Both the position numbers and the translations under genes were made by a program. Source: an uncultured Chloroflexia bacterium (GTDB lineage: Bacteria > Chloroflexota > Limnocylindria > Limnocylindrales > CSP1-4). From it: a stretch of 64,000 nt of DNA. Shown piece after piece: positions 37,999 to 49,433 of this stretch. Position 1 is the stretch's first letter, and the number at the start of each line of letters is the position of its first letter. The notes below the pieces were generated by a model. The model made no database searches, had not been told where the DNA came from, and saw nothing but the letters and a program-made list of their open reading frames with translations. The DNA lies in assembly GCA_963711405.1 (NCBI GenBank), contig CAVQDZ010000001.1:90703-154702 (forward strand), written 5' to 3'.

Positions 37999-38034
37999 TT
38001 TGCTTGTCCATGGCGTGCGCTATCGTCAGCGGCC

Positions 38035-38880
38035 ATGACCGACGGCACTGTTCCCTTCTCGATCCGACTCGATGCCCTCGAGCACGCCGTCCGTCTACGC
38101 ACGGACATGGTCCCTCAGCTCGGCATCGTCCTCGGCTCAGGCCTTGGCGCGCTGGCCGACGAGCTCGACAACGCTGTCGCCATTCCTTTCGCCGAGCTAC
38201 CCGGCTGGCCCGCGGCGTCGGCCCCGGGTCACGCTGGCCGGCTCGTTTTCGGCACTCTCGAGGGACTACCGGTCGTCTGCCTCCAGGGCCGGCTGCACCT
38301 GTACGAAGGTCATTCCGTGCGCCTGGTTGTGGAGCCGGTGCTGCTCATGGGTCGCCTGGGCGCGCCACGTGTGCTGTTGACCAATGCCGCGGGCGGCGTC
38401 AACGCGAGCTATGCGCCGGGCACGCTGATGATCATCAGCGACCACATCAACATGACCGGTCAGCAGCCGCTCATCGGCCCCAACGACGACGCAACCGGGC
38501 CACGCTTCCCCGACCTAGTCGACGTCTGGAGCCCGCCGCTGCGCGCCCTGCTGCGTCGAGCGGCGGCCGACGAGGGCATTGATGTCGAGGAAGGCATCTA
38601 CGTCGGCCTGACCGGGCCGACCTACGAGACTCCGGCGGAGGTCGTGATGCTGCGCGGCTGGGGCGCGGATGCCGTGGGAATGTCAACCGTGCTCGAAGCG
38701 ATCCTGGCGCGCTGGGCGGGCATCGAGGTTGTTGGCGTGTCGCTCGTCACAAACCCCGGCGCGGGCGTGACGGGGTTGCCGCTCAGCCACGAAGAGGTTC
38801 TCGCTGCGGGCGAGGAAGCCGGCCCCAAGTTCCGGACGCTGATCCGTCGTTTCGTCCGCCTGCTGGGTGGCGACGCCTAG
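38035..38880 (+). CDS. punA: Purine-nucleoside phosphorylase (trimeric type)
   Basis: GIVLGSGLG, GHAG, QGRLHLYEG, TNAAGG, GPTYET, VGMSTV, VTN. Confidence 0.95.
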   Translation: MTDGTVPFSIRLDALEHAVRLRTDMVPQLGIVLGSGLGALADELDNAVAIPFAELPGWPAASAPGHAGRLVFGTLEGLPVVCLQGRLHLYEGHSVRLVVEPVLLMGRLGAPRVLLTNAAGGVNASYAPGTLMIISDHINMTGQQPLIGPNDDATGPRFPDLVDVWSPPLRALLRRAAADEGIDVEEGIYVGLTGPTYETPAEVVMLRGWGADAVGMSTVLEAILARWAGIEVVGVSLVTNPGAGVTGLPLSHEEVLAAGEEAGPKFRTLIRRFVRLLGGDA

Positions 38881-39758
38881 ATCGTCGGTAGGTCCCGACC
38901 GGCGGCCTTGGCCGCGGCCTTCTTCTCCGCCCAGGCGGCAAGGACGTTGTCCTTGTGCGGCCGGATGGGGCAGTGCTCGTCGCGGTTGCGATCCTCGTCG
39001 CAGTAACCCAGCGGCACGCACTTTGGCGCCAGGAATGAGCCAAGGAAGGGCGAGACCGTGAACACCTCGTGGCGGATGAGCTGGAAGAGCCGGCGGATCT
39101 CCCACTGGGCCATCGTGCACAGGCGCAGCCCGCTCATGTGGATCAGCGCACGCAGGTTGGCGGTCATGATCAGGTTGGTGCGCGTCGCATTGGGCATGAC
39201 GAAGCGGGCGTCCTCGCCCGGGATGCCGGCGTCGAGCATCTCGCCGTAGAAGGCGAGCGAGTCGTCCATCTCCGCCACGAAACGGTCGCGCAGCTCCGGC
39301 GGCGCGTCCGTCAGCGAGCCTGGAACCATGTACGACGGTCGCTTGTAGTTCAGGTAGCGCTGCGACTGCTGATCAAACGCGACGCCCGCCCGGTGCCGGA
39401 CGAGCTGGTGCGACAGCGTCCGCGTAACCCCACTGATGGCGAAGGTGAAGACGATGTGCTCGATCGTCGAGCCGTGGCCCGACTCGATCACGCGCCTGAT
39501 CAGGTCCTGCTGCTTGTCGGTCGCGACCTGGCCGGTCGTGGCGCGCTCGAAGATGTCCTGCGGCAGCAGCTCGCTGTAGCACGTCCGGCACGCCGTATAG
39601 ATGAGCGGCAGGTAGTAGCCCTCGGCGATCTCGCGCGTGGGGAAGAGCAGGGTCGCCTTCATGCCCAGCTCGCGGGTGGCTGGGCTGCGCGGAGTCGCAG
39701 ACGTGGGCGCTGCTTTGGGCTGAGGCGCGGGCTGCTGGGGCGCGGAGTCGACGGCCAT
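38877..39758 (-). CDS. thyX: FAD-dependent thymidylate synthase
   Basis: GHGSTIEH, SHQLVRHR...QQSQRY, EDARF, NLRAL, RLC..AQWEIR. Confidence 0.95.
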   Translation of the reverse strand: MAVDSAPQQPAPQPKAAPTSATPRSPATRELGMKATLLFPTREIAEGYYLPLIYTACRTCYSELLPQDIFERATTGQVATDKQQDLIRRVIESGHGSTIEHIVFTFAISGVTRTLSHQLVRHRAGVAFDQQSQRYLNYKRPSYMVPGSLTDAPPELRDRFVAEMDDSLAFYGEMLDAGIPGEDARFVMPNATRTNLIMTANLRALIHMSGLRLCTMAQWEIRRLFQLIRHEVFTVSPFLGSFLAPKCVPLGYCDEDRNRDEHCPIRPHKDNVLAAWAEKKAAAKAAGRDLPTI

Positions 39759-39788
39759 CTGACGGCCTAGGTTATTCGGTCGGGCGGA

Positions 39789-40592
39789 TTACCGGATGCC
39801 CGTGTCGTATTCCATGACGATCGTCGCGTTGCGGCCGCCCGGAACGGAGAAAGCCTGTGGCTCTGCTTGGCGCATCAGGCCTTCCACCGCGGAGGCTTCG
39901 GCGTAATACGCGCCACCGGGGACGCTGAAGGCGACCTTGCCGCCGGCGTCCGCCACGGCCTGCCCGACCTGCGCGCCGCTCGGATCGCGCAACACGACCA
40001 ATCCACCCGGCACAGGCCGTGGCGCGCAACTCGGATCGGGTGGGTTGCGCTCGACCGGACAAACCGGACCCGCGACGAGCCGGATGGTGACCTGGGCTGG
40101 ATCCGGTGTGCCACGATCGATCGGGTCGACGACCTGGCCGCCCTGCTCGCTGACAAGAGTGACGGTGCCGTTGTTGCTGACGGTGTAGTTCCACGTGTGC
40201 TGATTGATGCAGCCCGCCGGACAGTCGCCCGAGCCGATCGTGACTGACACGGAGAACTTGTCGCCGACCTGCGATGCCTGGTACGACGTCGAGGCGCCGA
40301 TCGAACCTGGTTCGGGCTGGGTGATTGAGGCGAAGACAGGATCGGACGCAAACACGACGGCCGCCGCCTGCGCGGGCGAAGTTACCTGCGTGACAGGCGC
40401 CGCCGTGCGCCTGCCCGGTGTACCGCTTGGCGTCGCAGCGGAGCTCGGCACGGGGGTCGCAGCGGGCGCACTTGGTGCGGCGCTCGACGTCGACGCGGGA
40501 GGACTGTTCGAAGATCCGGGCAGCGTCCCGCACGCGGCAACGAGCGCAAGCGCCAGCCCCGCCAGCACTGACGATCGGAAGATGTTGCGCAC
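39789..40592 (-). CDS. Lipoprotein with Pro/Ser/Thr linker and C-terminal prealbumin-like beta domain
   Basis: Lipobox LVAAC, GSGDCPAGCI, AGPVCPVE...C and YDTGIR end. Confidence 0.7.
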   Translation of the reverse strand: MRNIFRSSVLAGLALALVAACGTLPGSSNSPPASTSSAAPSAPAATPVPSSAATPSGTPGRRTAAPVTQVTSPAQAAAVVFASDPVFASITQPEPGSIGASTSYQASQVGDKFSVSVTIGSGDCPAGCINQHTWNYTVSNNGTVTLVSEQGGQVVDPIDRGTPDPAQVTIRLVAGPVCPVERNPPDPSCAPRPVPGGLVVLRDPSGAQVGQAVADAGGKVAFSVPGGAYYAEASAVEGLMRQAEPQAFSVPGGRNATIVMEYDTGIR

Positions 40593-40658
40593 GTATCTCT
40601 CGACGTGAAAGCCCGCGCGAATGTTCCTTCGGCCCACGTGTGGCATTCTCCGCCTGTA

Positions 40659-41237
40659 ATGGCACTAAGACATCTGTTTCACCCGTCCACTCCCGCCACG
40701 CCTCCAACGGAGCCGGCCCCGCCGATTCCTGTCGATCAGGCGGAAACGGAGACCATCCGCAAGATCGTCCGGGCGCTCGAAGCGGTCGACCCAGAGCGGC
40801 GCAAGTTCCTCGCCGGCTTTGCTTACGTGCTCGCGCGCGCGGCCCACGCCGACCTCGACATCACCGACGACGAACAGGCGGAGATGGAGCGCGTCGTCTC
40901 GAGCATCGGCGGCCTGCCGATGGCCCAGGCTGTGCTCGTCGTCGAGATCGCTCGCAACCAGAGCGAGCTGTACGGCGGAACCGAGGACTATGTCGTCACG
41001 CGCGAGTTCAACAAGACCGCCACCGACGAGGAGCGGCGCGCCGCCGTCGCCGCGTGCTTCGCGGTTGCCGCCACGGACCACGAGATCACGGCCGAGGAGT
41101 ACGCCGAGCTGACCGAGATCGCGGACGAGCTTGGACTGTCACGCGAGGAGTTGAACGTGATCCGCAACGAGCATCGCGATCAGCTGACGGCGATCAAGAA
41201 GATGCGCGCGCAGCAGGCTGGTCAGGCGGCCGAGTAG
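40659..41237 (+). CDS. TerB family protein
   Basis: Duplicated A.AD..I...E motif (AHADLDITDDE; AATDHEITAEE...IADELGL). Confidence 0.8.
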   Translation: MALRHLFHPSTPATPPTEPAPPIPVDQAETETIRKIVRALEAVDPERRKFLAGFAYVLARAAHADLDITDDEQAEMERVVSSIGGLPMAQAVLVVEIARNQSELYGGTEDYVVTREFNKTATDEERRAAVAACFAVAATDHEITAEEYAELTEIADELGLSREELNVIRNEHRDQLTAIKKMRAQQAGQAAE

Positions 41238-41240
41238 CCC

Positions 41241-41963
41241 TCAGGCGGTCGGGTCGGCCGGAGTGCGCATGAGGTCTGCCTCGGGCAGGAACAGGTAGCG
41301 GTACATGAGCGCCGCGATGCCCGCGCCGACGAGCGGGCCGACGATCCACACGTAGCTGTTGTCCCAGATCCCGGTCACGGCCGCTGGACCGAACCAGCGC
41401 GCTGGGTTCATCGCAGCCCCGGTCAACGCGCCACCCATCAGGATGTCTGCGCCAACGGCCAGGCCGATCGCCAGGCCGCCGACCTTTGGCGCGCGCGGAT
41501 CCACGGCCGTGCCGAAGACCGCGAGCAGCAGGACCACGGTCAGCACGCCCTCGATGACCGTGCCCGCGAGCGGGGTTACGGCGCCGAACAGGCGCGGGAT
41601 GCCCAGCGTCTGGCGAAAGGTCTCGTCGGGAATGACGGCCCACAACAGCCACGCGGCGACCATGGCGCCAATCAGCTGGGCCAGGACATAGGCGAGGCCA
41701 CGGCGCCACGGGATCTGGCCGGCAACCCAGACGGCAAAGGTCACGGCTGGGTTGAAGTGGGCGCCGCTGACGGCGCCCAGGGCGCTGACCAGGACCGCGA
41801 GCGCGACGCCGTGAGCCAGGGCGACTACTACGAGACTTGCCGCCGGGTCAACGGGATGGCCTGAGTTAGTGAGTTGCAGTGCGCCAATCGCGCCGATGCC
41901 GATGAAGAAGAAGAGGAATGTTCCGACCATCTCGGCGATGACGCCATTCCAACCGCTGCGCAC
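41241..41963 (-). CDS. Aquaporin / MIP family channel
   Basis: Two NPA motifs (SGAHFNPAVT, AAMNPARWFGPA), AE..GTF and WVYWxGP-like segment. AGGGAG SD before GTG 41963. Confidence 0.93.
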   Translation of the reverse strand: MRSGWNGVIAEMVGTFLFFFIGIGAIGALQLTNSGHPVDPAASLVVVALAHGVALAVLVSALGAVSGAHFNPAVTFAVWVAGQIPWRRGLAYVLAQLIGAMVAAWLLWAVIPDETFRQTLGIPRLFGAVTPLAGTVIEGVLTVVLLLAVFGTAVDPRAPKVGGLAIGLAVGADILMGGALTGAAMNPARWFGPAAVTGIWDNSYVWIVGPLVGAGIAALMYRYLFLPEADLMRTPADPTA

Positions 41964-42027
41964 TTCGTTCTCCCTCTTTGCTATCGCTTGCCATACTACG
42001 CATGCCCAAACGTCACCGGGGAGGCAC

Positions 42028-43005
42028 ATGGCACTGCTTCGTGCGCCGGCGTCCACTGACATGCGACGCCAAGACACGACATCGCGCATCGCGCGCGACG
42101 ACGACAAACGACTGCGTCTGAACGACGGTCGCTGGCTCGGCTATCGAGAGTCCGGCGATCCGGCCGGCGTGCCCGTGCTCTTCTTCCATGGCTTCGGGAC
42201 GACGCGCGTCGTGTGCCCAGCCGACGAGACCGCCCGCCAGCTGGGCGTGCGCCTCCTTGCCGTCGACCGACCCGCCCTGGGCCTGTCGACGCCGCTGCCC
42301 GGCCGGCGCCTGCTCGACTGGCCCACAGATGTGCGCGAGCTGGCCGATCAACTGGGTTTGCAGCGATTCTCGATCGTCGGCTGGTCCGGCGGCGGCCCCT
42401 ACGCGCTCGCCTGCGCCATGCGCCTGGCCGACCGGATCGAATCGATCGCCATCGTCAGCGGCGCGGCGCCGCTCGCAGGCACGACGCGGACGGACTACCT
42501 GCGTCGCTTCGATCGCAACGCGATATTTGCTGCGGGCAAGGCACCGTGGGTCATCCGCATCGCGATGTGGCATTGGGGCCGCGGCCAGCGGCGTGACGCG
42601 GAGGCGTACTTCGACAAGTCCGTGGCTGAGATGTGTGCAGCGGACCAGGAAGTGCTGTCGGCGCCCGAGCTGCGCAGCGCGATGATCGCGAACTCGACTG
42701 AGCTGTACCGCCAGGGCGGACGCGGCATGTACGACGAGGCGCTCGTCCTGGCTCGGCCGTGGGGCTTCGACCCATCCGATATCAACGTCCCGGTAGAGGT
42801 GTGGCACGGCGCGCGCGACAAGGTCGTGCCCATGGGCATGTCCTCACACCTGGCCGAGTCGATTCCGGGCGCCTCACTCCGGCTCTACCCGGATGAGGGA
42901 CACCACCTGCTCTACCGCCGCTGGCCGGACATCCTGCGCTCGCTCATCAAGCCTGAGCTCGCCCCGACACCGCCGCTGTTCATGGCCGCTGGAGCGACCT
43001 CGTAG
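42028..43005 (+). CDS. Alpha/beta hydrolase
   Basis: FFHG, DRPALG, GWSGGGPY, WHG..D, EGH. GGAGG SD. Confidence 0.9.
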   Translation: MALLRAPASTDMRRQDTTSRIARDDDKRLRLNDGRWLGYRESGDPAGVPVLFFHGFGTTRVVCPADETARQLGVRLLAVDRPALGLSTPLPGRRLLDWPTDVRELADQLGLQRFSIVGWSGGGPYALACAMRLADRIESIAIVSGAAPLAGTTRTDYLRRFDRNAIFAAGKAPWVIRIAMWHWGRGQRRDAEAYFDKSVAEMCAADQEVLSAPELRSAMIANSTELYRQGGRGMYDEALVLARPWGFDPSDINVPVEVWHGARDKVVPMGMSSHLAESIPGASLRLYPDEGHHLLYRRWPDILRSLIKPELAPTPPLFMAAGATS

Positions 43006-43028
43006 ACCGAACGGTCCCCGCATATTCG

Positions 43029-43180
43029 TTACCGATGGCACTGGCCCGCCGCGCGTCGTACAACGAAACTTCTGTTCGAAGCGTGATCGGGTGCTGCGTT
43101 GCCGACCATGCGAACGGTGTTCATTCCGCACCGGTTGTCGCAGCCAGCCGGTGAAACGGCGGGCCGGGTGTCGTGGGTCA
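43029..43180 (+). ncRNA. Candidate structured non-coding RNA (~150 nt, multi-stem, family unassigned)
   Basis: Closing stem 43035-43051/43157-43174, stem 43072-43117 and stem 43129-43153. Six G-U wobbles all favour the plus strand. Lies between convergent genes. Confidence 0.5.
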
Positions 43181-43181
43181 T

Positions 43182-43208
43182 CCGGCCCGCTTCTCGTTTA
43201 GCGGCCGG
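43182..43208. terminator. GC-rich hairpin, possible terminator between convergent units
   Basis: CCGG(C)CCGCT-loop-AGCGGCCGG inverted repeat with no clear U-tract. Confidence 0.35.
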
Positions 43209-43221
43209 AAGCGACCCGGAC

Positions 43222-44330
<1,109 letters not shown>

Positions 44331-44334
<4 letters not shown>

Positions 44335-46673
44335 TACGGCCAGCTCCAGCCTGAGATCTCCGGTTGGTCCTCGCCGAACTCGCGCGCGTGCGCGGCGGCG
44401 GTCAGGCGCGCGTCGACCATCTGCTGCCGCAGCGCCGCCGCCCGCTCGCCCAGCCCCGGCACACGGTCGATCACGTCGATCACGAGATGGAAGCGATCCA
44501 GATCGTTACGCAGGGTCATGTCGAACGGCGTCGTGACCGTGCCCTCTTCCTTGTAGCCGCGGACGTGCAGGTTGGCATGGTTGCGCCGCCGGTAGGTCAG
44601 CCGATGGATGAGCCAGGGGTAGCCGTGGAAGGCAAAGATGATCGGCTTGTCGTGCGTGAACAGGGCATCGAACTCGCGGTCGGGCATGCCGTGCGGATGC
44701 TCCGTGTCCTGCTGCAGACGCATCAGGTCGACGACGTTCACGAAACGGACCTTGAGTTGCGGCAGGTGCTCGCGCAGCAGGGCCGTGGCGGCCAGCGCCT
44801 CAAGCGTGGGCACATCGCCGGCACAGGCCATGACCAGGTCCGGTTCGCCGTCGCCGTTGCTCGCCCAGTCCCAGATGCCCAGGCCGCGCGTGGCGTGCAG
44901 CACCGCCTCGTCCATGGCCAGGAACTGCGGGGCCGGCTGCTTGCCTGCGACGATGACGTTCACGTATTGGCGCGAGCGCAGGCAGTGGTCGGCAACTGAC
45001 AGCAGCGTGTTGGCGTCGGGCGGCAGGTAGACGCGCACGACCTCTGCCTTCTTGTTCGTGACAACGTCCAGGAAGCCCGGATCCTGGTGGCTGAAGCCGT
45101 TGTGGTCCTGGCGCCAGACGTGGCTCGAGAGCAGGTAGTTGAGTGACGCGATCGGCCGCCGCCAGGGAATGCCGTTGCTGATCTCCAGCCACTTGGCGTG
45201 TTGGTTGAACATCGCGTCGACGATGTGGATGAAGGCTTCGTAGCAGTTGAAGAGGCCGTGGCGGCCGGTCAGCAGGTAACCCTCGAGCCAGCCTTCGCAC
45301 AGGTGCTCGGAGAGGACCTCGATGACCCGGCCCTCGCGCGCCTGGTGCTCGTCTGTTGGCAGGAGCTCGCCCTCGAACTGGCGATCGGTTGTCTCGAAGA
45401 CGGGCGTCAGCCGGTTCGAGTCAGTCTCGTCGGGCCCGAAAAGGCGAAAGTTGTCCGGGTTGCGATCTATGACGTCGCGCAGGAACTGGCCCAGCACCCG
45501 CGTCGCCTCCGCGCTCGACTTGCCCGGCTCGACCTTCACGCCGTAGCCGCGAAAGTCGGGCAGCGCCAGGTCGCGCAGCAGCTCGCCGCCGTTGGTGTGC
45601 GGGTTGGCCGACATGCGTCGTGCGCCCTTTGGCGGAAAATCGGCCAGCTCCGCGATCAAGCGGCCGTCGTCATCGAACAGCTCGTGTGGCCTGTACGAGC
45701 GCAGCCACTCGTCGAGTTGCTCGAAGTGTTCCTTGTTGCCGCGCACGTCCGACAGCGGAACCTGGTGCGCGCGCCAGGTGCCTTCCATGGGCTTGCCGTC
45801 AACCGACTTTGGCCCGGTCCAGCCCTTTGGCGAACGCAACACGATCATCGGCCAGCGCGGCCGGGCGTCGTCGCGGGCGCTGCGCGCCTGGGCCTGGATG
45901 GCAGAGATCGAGTCGAGTGCCTGGTCGAGAGCGGCGGCGAACTCGTTGTGCATCTTGACCGGCTCGTGGCCGGAGACGAACAACGGCTCGTAGCCATAGC
46001 CGTTGAACAGGTCACGCAACTCCGTCTCCGGAATGCGCGCCAAGAAGGACGGGTTCGCGATCTTGTAGCCGTTCAGGTGCAGGATCGGCAGCACGGCGCC
46101 GTCATTGACCGGGCTCAGGAACTTGTTCGAGTGCCACGAAGCGGCCAGCGGGCCGGTCTCTGCTTCACCATCGCCGACGACGCAGAAGACAACGAGGCCA
46201 GGGTTGTCGAACGCCGCGCCGTAGGCGTGCGCGAGCGAGTAACCGAGCTCGCCGCCCTCGTGAATCGAGCCGGGGACCTCAGGCGTGACGTGGCTGCCAA
46301 CGCCGCCTGGGAATGAGAACTCGCGGAACAGCGTGCGCATGCCCTCGTCGCCTGCGCCGACGGCCGAGTAGCGCTCCGACCAGGTGCCCTCGAGATAGGC
46401 GTTGGCCACTGCCGCCGGGCCACCGTGGCCGGGTCCTACGACCATCATCGCGTCCAGGTCGCGCGTCTTGATCGCGCGGTCGGCGTGCGCCCAGATGAAG
46501 TTCAGCCCGGGCGTCGTGCCCCAGTGGCCGAGCAGGCGCGGCTTGATGTCGCTCGGCTCGAGCGGCCTGCGCAACATGGGGTTGTCGAGCAGATAGATCT
46601 GCCCTACAGAGAGGTAGTTGGCGGCACGCCAGTAAGCGTCGATTACGGCCAGCTCGTGGTCGTCGAGGGGCAT
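44331..46673 (-). CDS. xfp: Xylulose-5-P/fructose-6-P phosphoketolase
   Basis: [46 protein letters not shown]. Confidence 0.97.
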
Positions 46674-46712
46674 CGTCAACAGATCGCCGGGCTGCGCTGG
46701 AGAGTCACCGGG

Positions 46713-47621
46713 CTAGGTTAGCGGGCGAGTCTCCCGGACCACGAGCACGGAGCACGGCGCGTGGAGCATCACGTTGCGCGCGACACTGCCGGCCAGGGCG
46801 CGGCGCAGCCCCGTGCGGCCGTGCGTGCCGACCACGATGACGTCCGCTTCGTCGTCCCTGGCGCAGCGGACGATCTCCTCTGCCGGGTCGCCCTGGATGG
46901 GACGCGTGACGGCCACGCGACCCTGCTTGCGCAGCCGGTGCGTGGCTTCGTCTGCCCAGAGCTGATGCTGCGCGGCGATCGCGCGCTCAGTCTGCGGATA
47001 GTCGATGCTGCCGGCATACGCGCTGAGCGCCAGGCTCGACGGCCACGACAAATTCATGTCAGTGACCGATAGGACTTCAACGGGCGTCGCGGCGAAGATC
47101 GGCCACGTACCGACTACCCGCTCTGCCGCTTCCCCAAAGCTTGACCCGTCGACGCCCAGGATGGCCCGCGACCAGGTCGATTTGCGGGCCACGATGACCG
47201 GGCAGTGAGCGTGATCGGCGACCTCCGCGCTGACCGAGCCCAGGAGCATCGAGCCGATCGTGCCGTGGCCGCGGCTGCCAACGACGATCACGTCCGCCTT
47301 GAGCAACTCTGCCTCGTCGACGATTGCCGTGGCCGGCCGGCCGATGAGCATGTGCGTCTCGACCTGCGCGCCCGTCTCGCGCAACGGAGCCGCCATGTGT
47401 TCCAGCTCCGTGGCCAGGCCGCCGATCATGGGCACCTCGCGTTCGACGGGATCCGCGATCGCGCCCGGCGCGCTGGGCACGTACGCGACTGAGGCACGCT
47501 CGACGACGGTCACGAGATGAATTGCGCAAGATTCCGGCCAGGGGATCCTTGCGGCCAGGTCGAGCGCGACCTGTGCGCACGCGGATCCATCGGTGGCCAC
47601 GAGGACGGTCATCTGATTCAT
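46713..47621 (-). CDS. Tandem universal stress protein
   Basis: Two USP domains (VLVATDGS...VGSRG...LGSVS; LGVDGS...VGTHG...GSVA...PCSVLVV). ATG 47621. Confidence 0.92.
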   Translation of the reverse strand: MNQMTVLVATDGSACAQVALDLAARIPWPESCAIHLVTVVERASVAYVPSAPGAIADPVEREVPMIGGLATELEHMAAPLRETGAQVETHMLIGRPATAIVDEAELLKADVIVVGSRGHGTIGSMLLGSVSAEVADHAHCPVIVARKSTWSRAILGVDGSSFGEAAERVVGTWPIFAATPVEVLSVTDMNLSWPSSLALSAYAGSIDYPQTERAIAAQHQLWADEATHRLRKQGRVAVTRPIQGDPAEEIVRCARDDEADVIVVGTHGRTGLRRALAGSVARNVMLHAPCSVLVVRETRPLT

Positions 47622-48085
47622 GGTGTTGGCTCCGGTTTCGGCTGTCGGTAGTAGACGACGGCAGCGATCACGAAACGCAGCAGCAGCGAGATCTCGTAGG
47701 TGACGCACCACACGCACACGGCCTTGATGACGAACACCTGCAGGAACAGGAAGTAGGCGTCGAAGATCACTCCGACCAGGGACAGCGCGTAGTGCGCAAG
47801 CAGCAGCCCGTAGATGTCCGTCTTCCACCACGCCAGCGCCAGGCTGAGCAGCACCACGGACAGCAACACTCCGAAGACGGCGACGGGGACGCCCAGGAAG
47901 TTGTTGTACTGGCTCTTGGCGACCTCCTCGCAGCCGGAGATGAGCCCGCACGTGGGCACCCCTCCGGACAGCTCCACGACTGACAGGTAGCCCGCGACAA
48001 GCAAGCCGACCGTGTCCAGCACGGCGAGGATGAGCCCCGGGTGGACGCCAAACAGCTTGCGCGCCGGGACGCGCTGGGTGAGCAC
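47618..48085 (-). CDS. Vitamin K epoxide reductase (VKOR) family protein
   Basis: C....GC..V..S, GVPVA, CVWC redox motif. Confidence 0.9.
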   Translation of the reverse strand: MLTQRVPARKLFGVHPGLILAVLDTVGLLVAGYLSVVELSGGVPTCGLISGCEEVAKSQYNNFLGVPVAVFGVLLSVVLLSLALAWWKTDIYGLLLAHYALSLVGVIFDAYFLFLQVFVIKAVCVWCVTYEISLLLRFVIAAVVYYRQPKPEPTP

Positions 48086-48099
48086 GGCCTGATCGCTCG

Positions 48100-48921
48100 C
48101 TACTGCACGGGTGCGGGCGGGGCGCCGCCGGCCGCGGTCATGATCGCATCGCCCAGATCCTTGACCGTGATCGGGCCGGTGTAGACCGCGCCGTTGAGCA
48201 TGATCGTCGGCGTCTGGTTGATGCCGTCCTTGACCGCCTGGTCAGTCTCCGCGCCGACGGCCGTCTGCTTGTCGCCAACGGCCATGCAGGTGTCGTAGGC
48301 GGACATGTCGAGCTCAGCGCTCTGGGCTATGGCGCGCAGTCGAGCTTGCGCGAATCCACCCTGGTTCTCGCCCGCCCAATTGGCGAACAGCCAGTCGTGC
48401 ATCTCCCAGAAGCGGCCCTGGTCGGCCGCGCACCGGGCGCCAGCGGCGGCCTGCTCCGACTCATCCCATGAGCTGGCCGACTTGCGTCCCTGGAACGCGG
48501 CGTCGTGATAAACGAGACGGGCGTAGCCGGGCACGACGAACTGGCTGACGAGTGACGGCTCGATGCGCGTGGCCAGCGCCCGACAGCCGGGACACTGGAA
48601 GTCGGACCAGATGTCGACCGCGACGGGCGCGCTGGCGCTGCCCAGCGTGCGGCCGTCGGCCTGACCGGCTGGTACGGCGGCAACAGGTGCGAGGAGCGTG
48701 TCGGTGGCAACAGTTGGCTGACTGGCCAGCGCCCAGGCCACGATGGCGGCGCCGACGACGAGCGCCGCGACCGTCAGTACGACAATCGGCGAGCGCCACA
48801 CCGGAGTCTTCGATGAAGCGCGCGCTGAGGGTCGTTGTGTCGCTCGCTCCGCGCGCTGGGCGGCGCGTCGCTCGCGACGCGCCGCGACAGGTGTCGCGGC
48901 GCTCTTTTTGCCGGCAGTCAT
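48100..48921 (-). CDS. Membrane-anchored DsbA-like thioredoxin
   Basis: TM anchor, SDFQCPGC, GINQTPT. Confidence 0.9.
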   Translation of the reverse strand: MTAGKKSAATPVAARRERRAAQRAERATQRPSARASSKTPVWRSPIVVLTVAALVVGAAIVAWALASQPTVATDTLLAPVAAVPAGQADGRTLGSASAPVAVDIWSDFQCPGCRALATRIEPSLVSQFVVPGYARLVYHDAAFQGRKSASSWDESEQAAAGARCAADQGRFWEMHDWLFANWAGENQGGFAQARLRAIAQSAELDMSAYDTCMAVGDKQTAVGAETDQAVKDGINQTPTIMLNGAVYTGPITVKDLGDAIMTAAGGAPPAPVQ

Positions 48922-49433
48922 GACTGGTGCTGCGGGCGGTTGAGTGCGGCAACGATCAGCAACACGCCGCCGCCGATCACGATGAGCGGCCAGATGAGGC
49001 CAAAGTCGAGCGTCGGGATGTACTGGCGCAGAAGGAAGAACGCGCCGACCACGATCAGGATCAGGCCGAACACAAGCGGGCCGGCGCCGTCGTGTCGTTC
49101 GCGCCGGTAATGACGTTCGTAGCGCGGCACGAGTGGCGGCGGCGTGCCCAGGTCAGGGTCGACCGGACCGGGAGGGGGCGCGGAGGTTGGCTGACCGTCT
49201 GGTCCCATCGGCGCCGGTGCACCCGCGGCGCTCCACAGCGAAGTCTGGAAGGGTCGGAGTGGAACGACGATGGCCATGACCAGGTACAGGAGCAGGAACA
49301 GGCCGCCGGTGATCAGGATCAGGAACGCCCAGCCGACGCGGACGATTGCCGGATCAAGATCCCAGGCTTCGGCCATTCCGCCGGCGACGCCGGCGATGAC
49401 CCGGTCGTCAGGCGACCGATACAAGCGGTTCAT
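48918..49433 (-). CDS. PspC domain protein with C-terminal LiaF/LiaI-like TM hairpin
   Basis: RLYRS..DRVIAGVAGG.AE...LDP..VR; GLILIVVG..FLL....WPLIVIG.G. Confidence 0.88.
   Translation of the reverse strand: MNRLYRSPDDRVIAGVAGGMAEAWDLDPAIVRVGWAFLILITGGLFLLLYLVMAIVVPLRPFQTSLWSAAGAPAPMGPDGQPTSAPPPGPVDPDLGTPPPLVPRYERHYRRERHDGAGPLVFGLILIVVGAFFLLRQYIPTLDFGLIWPLIVIGGGVLLIVAALNRPQHQS

Noticed and set aside
43029-43180. Hammerhead ribozyme interpretation (GAAAC present twice)
   Set aside because: No CUGANGA core in the required junction on either strand.
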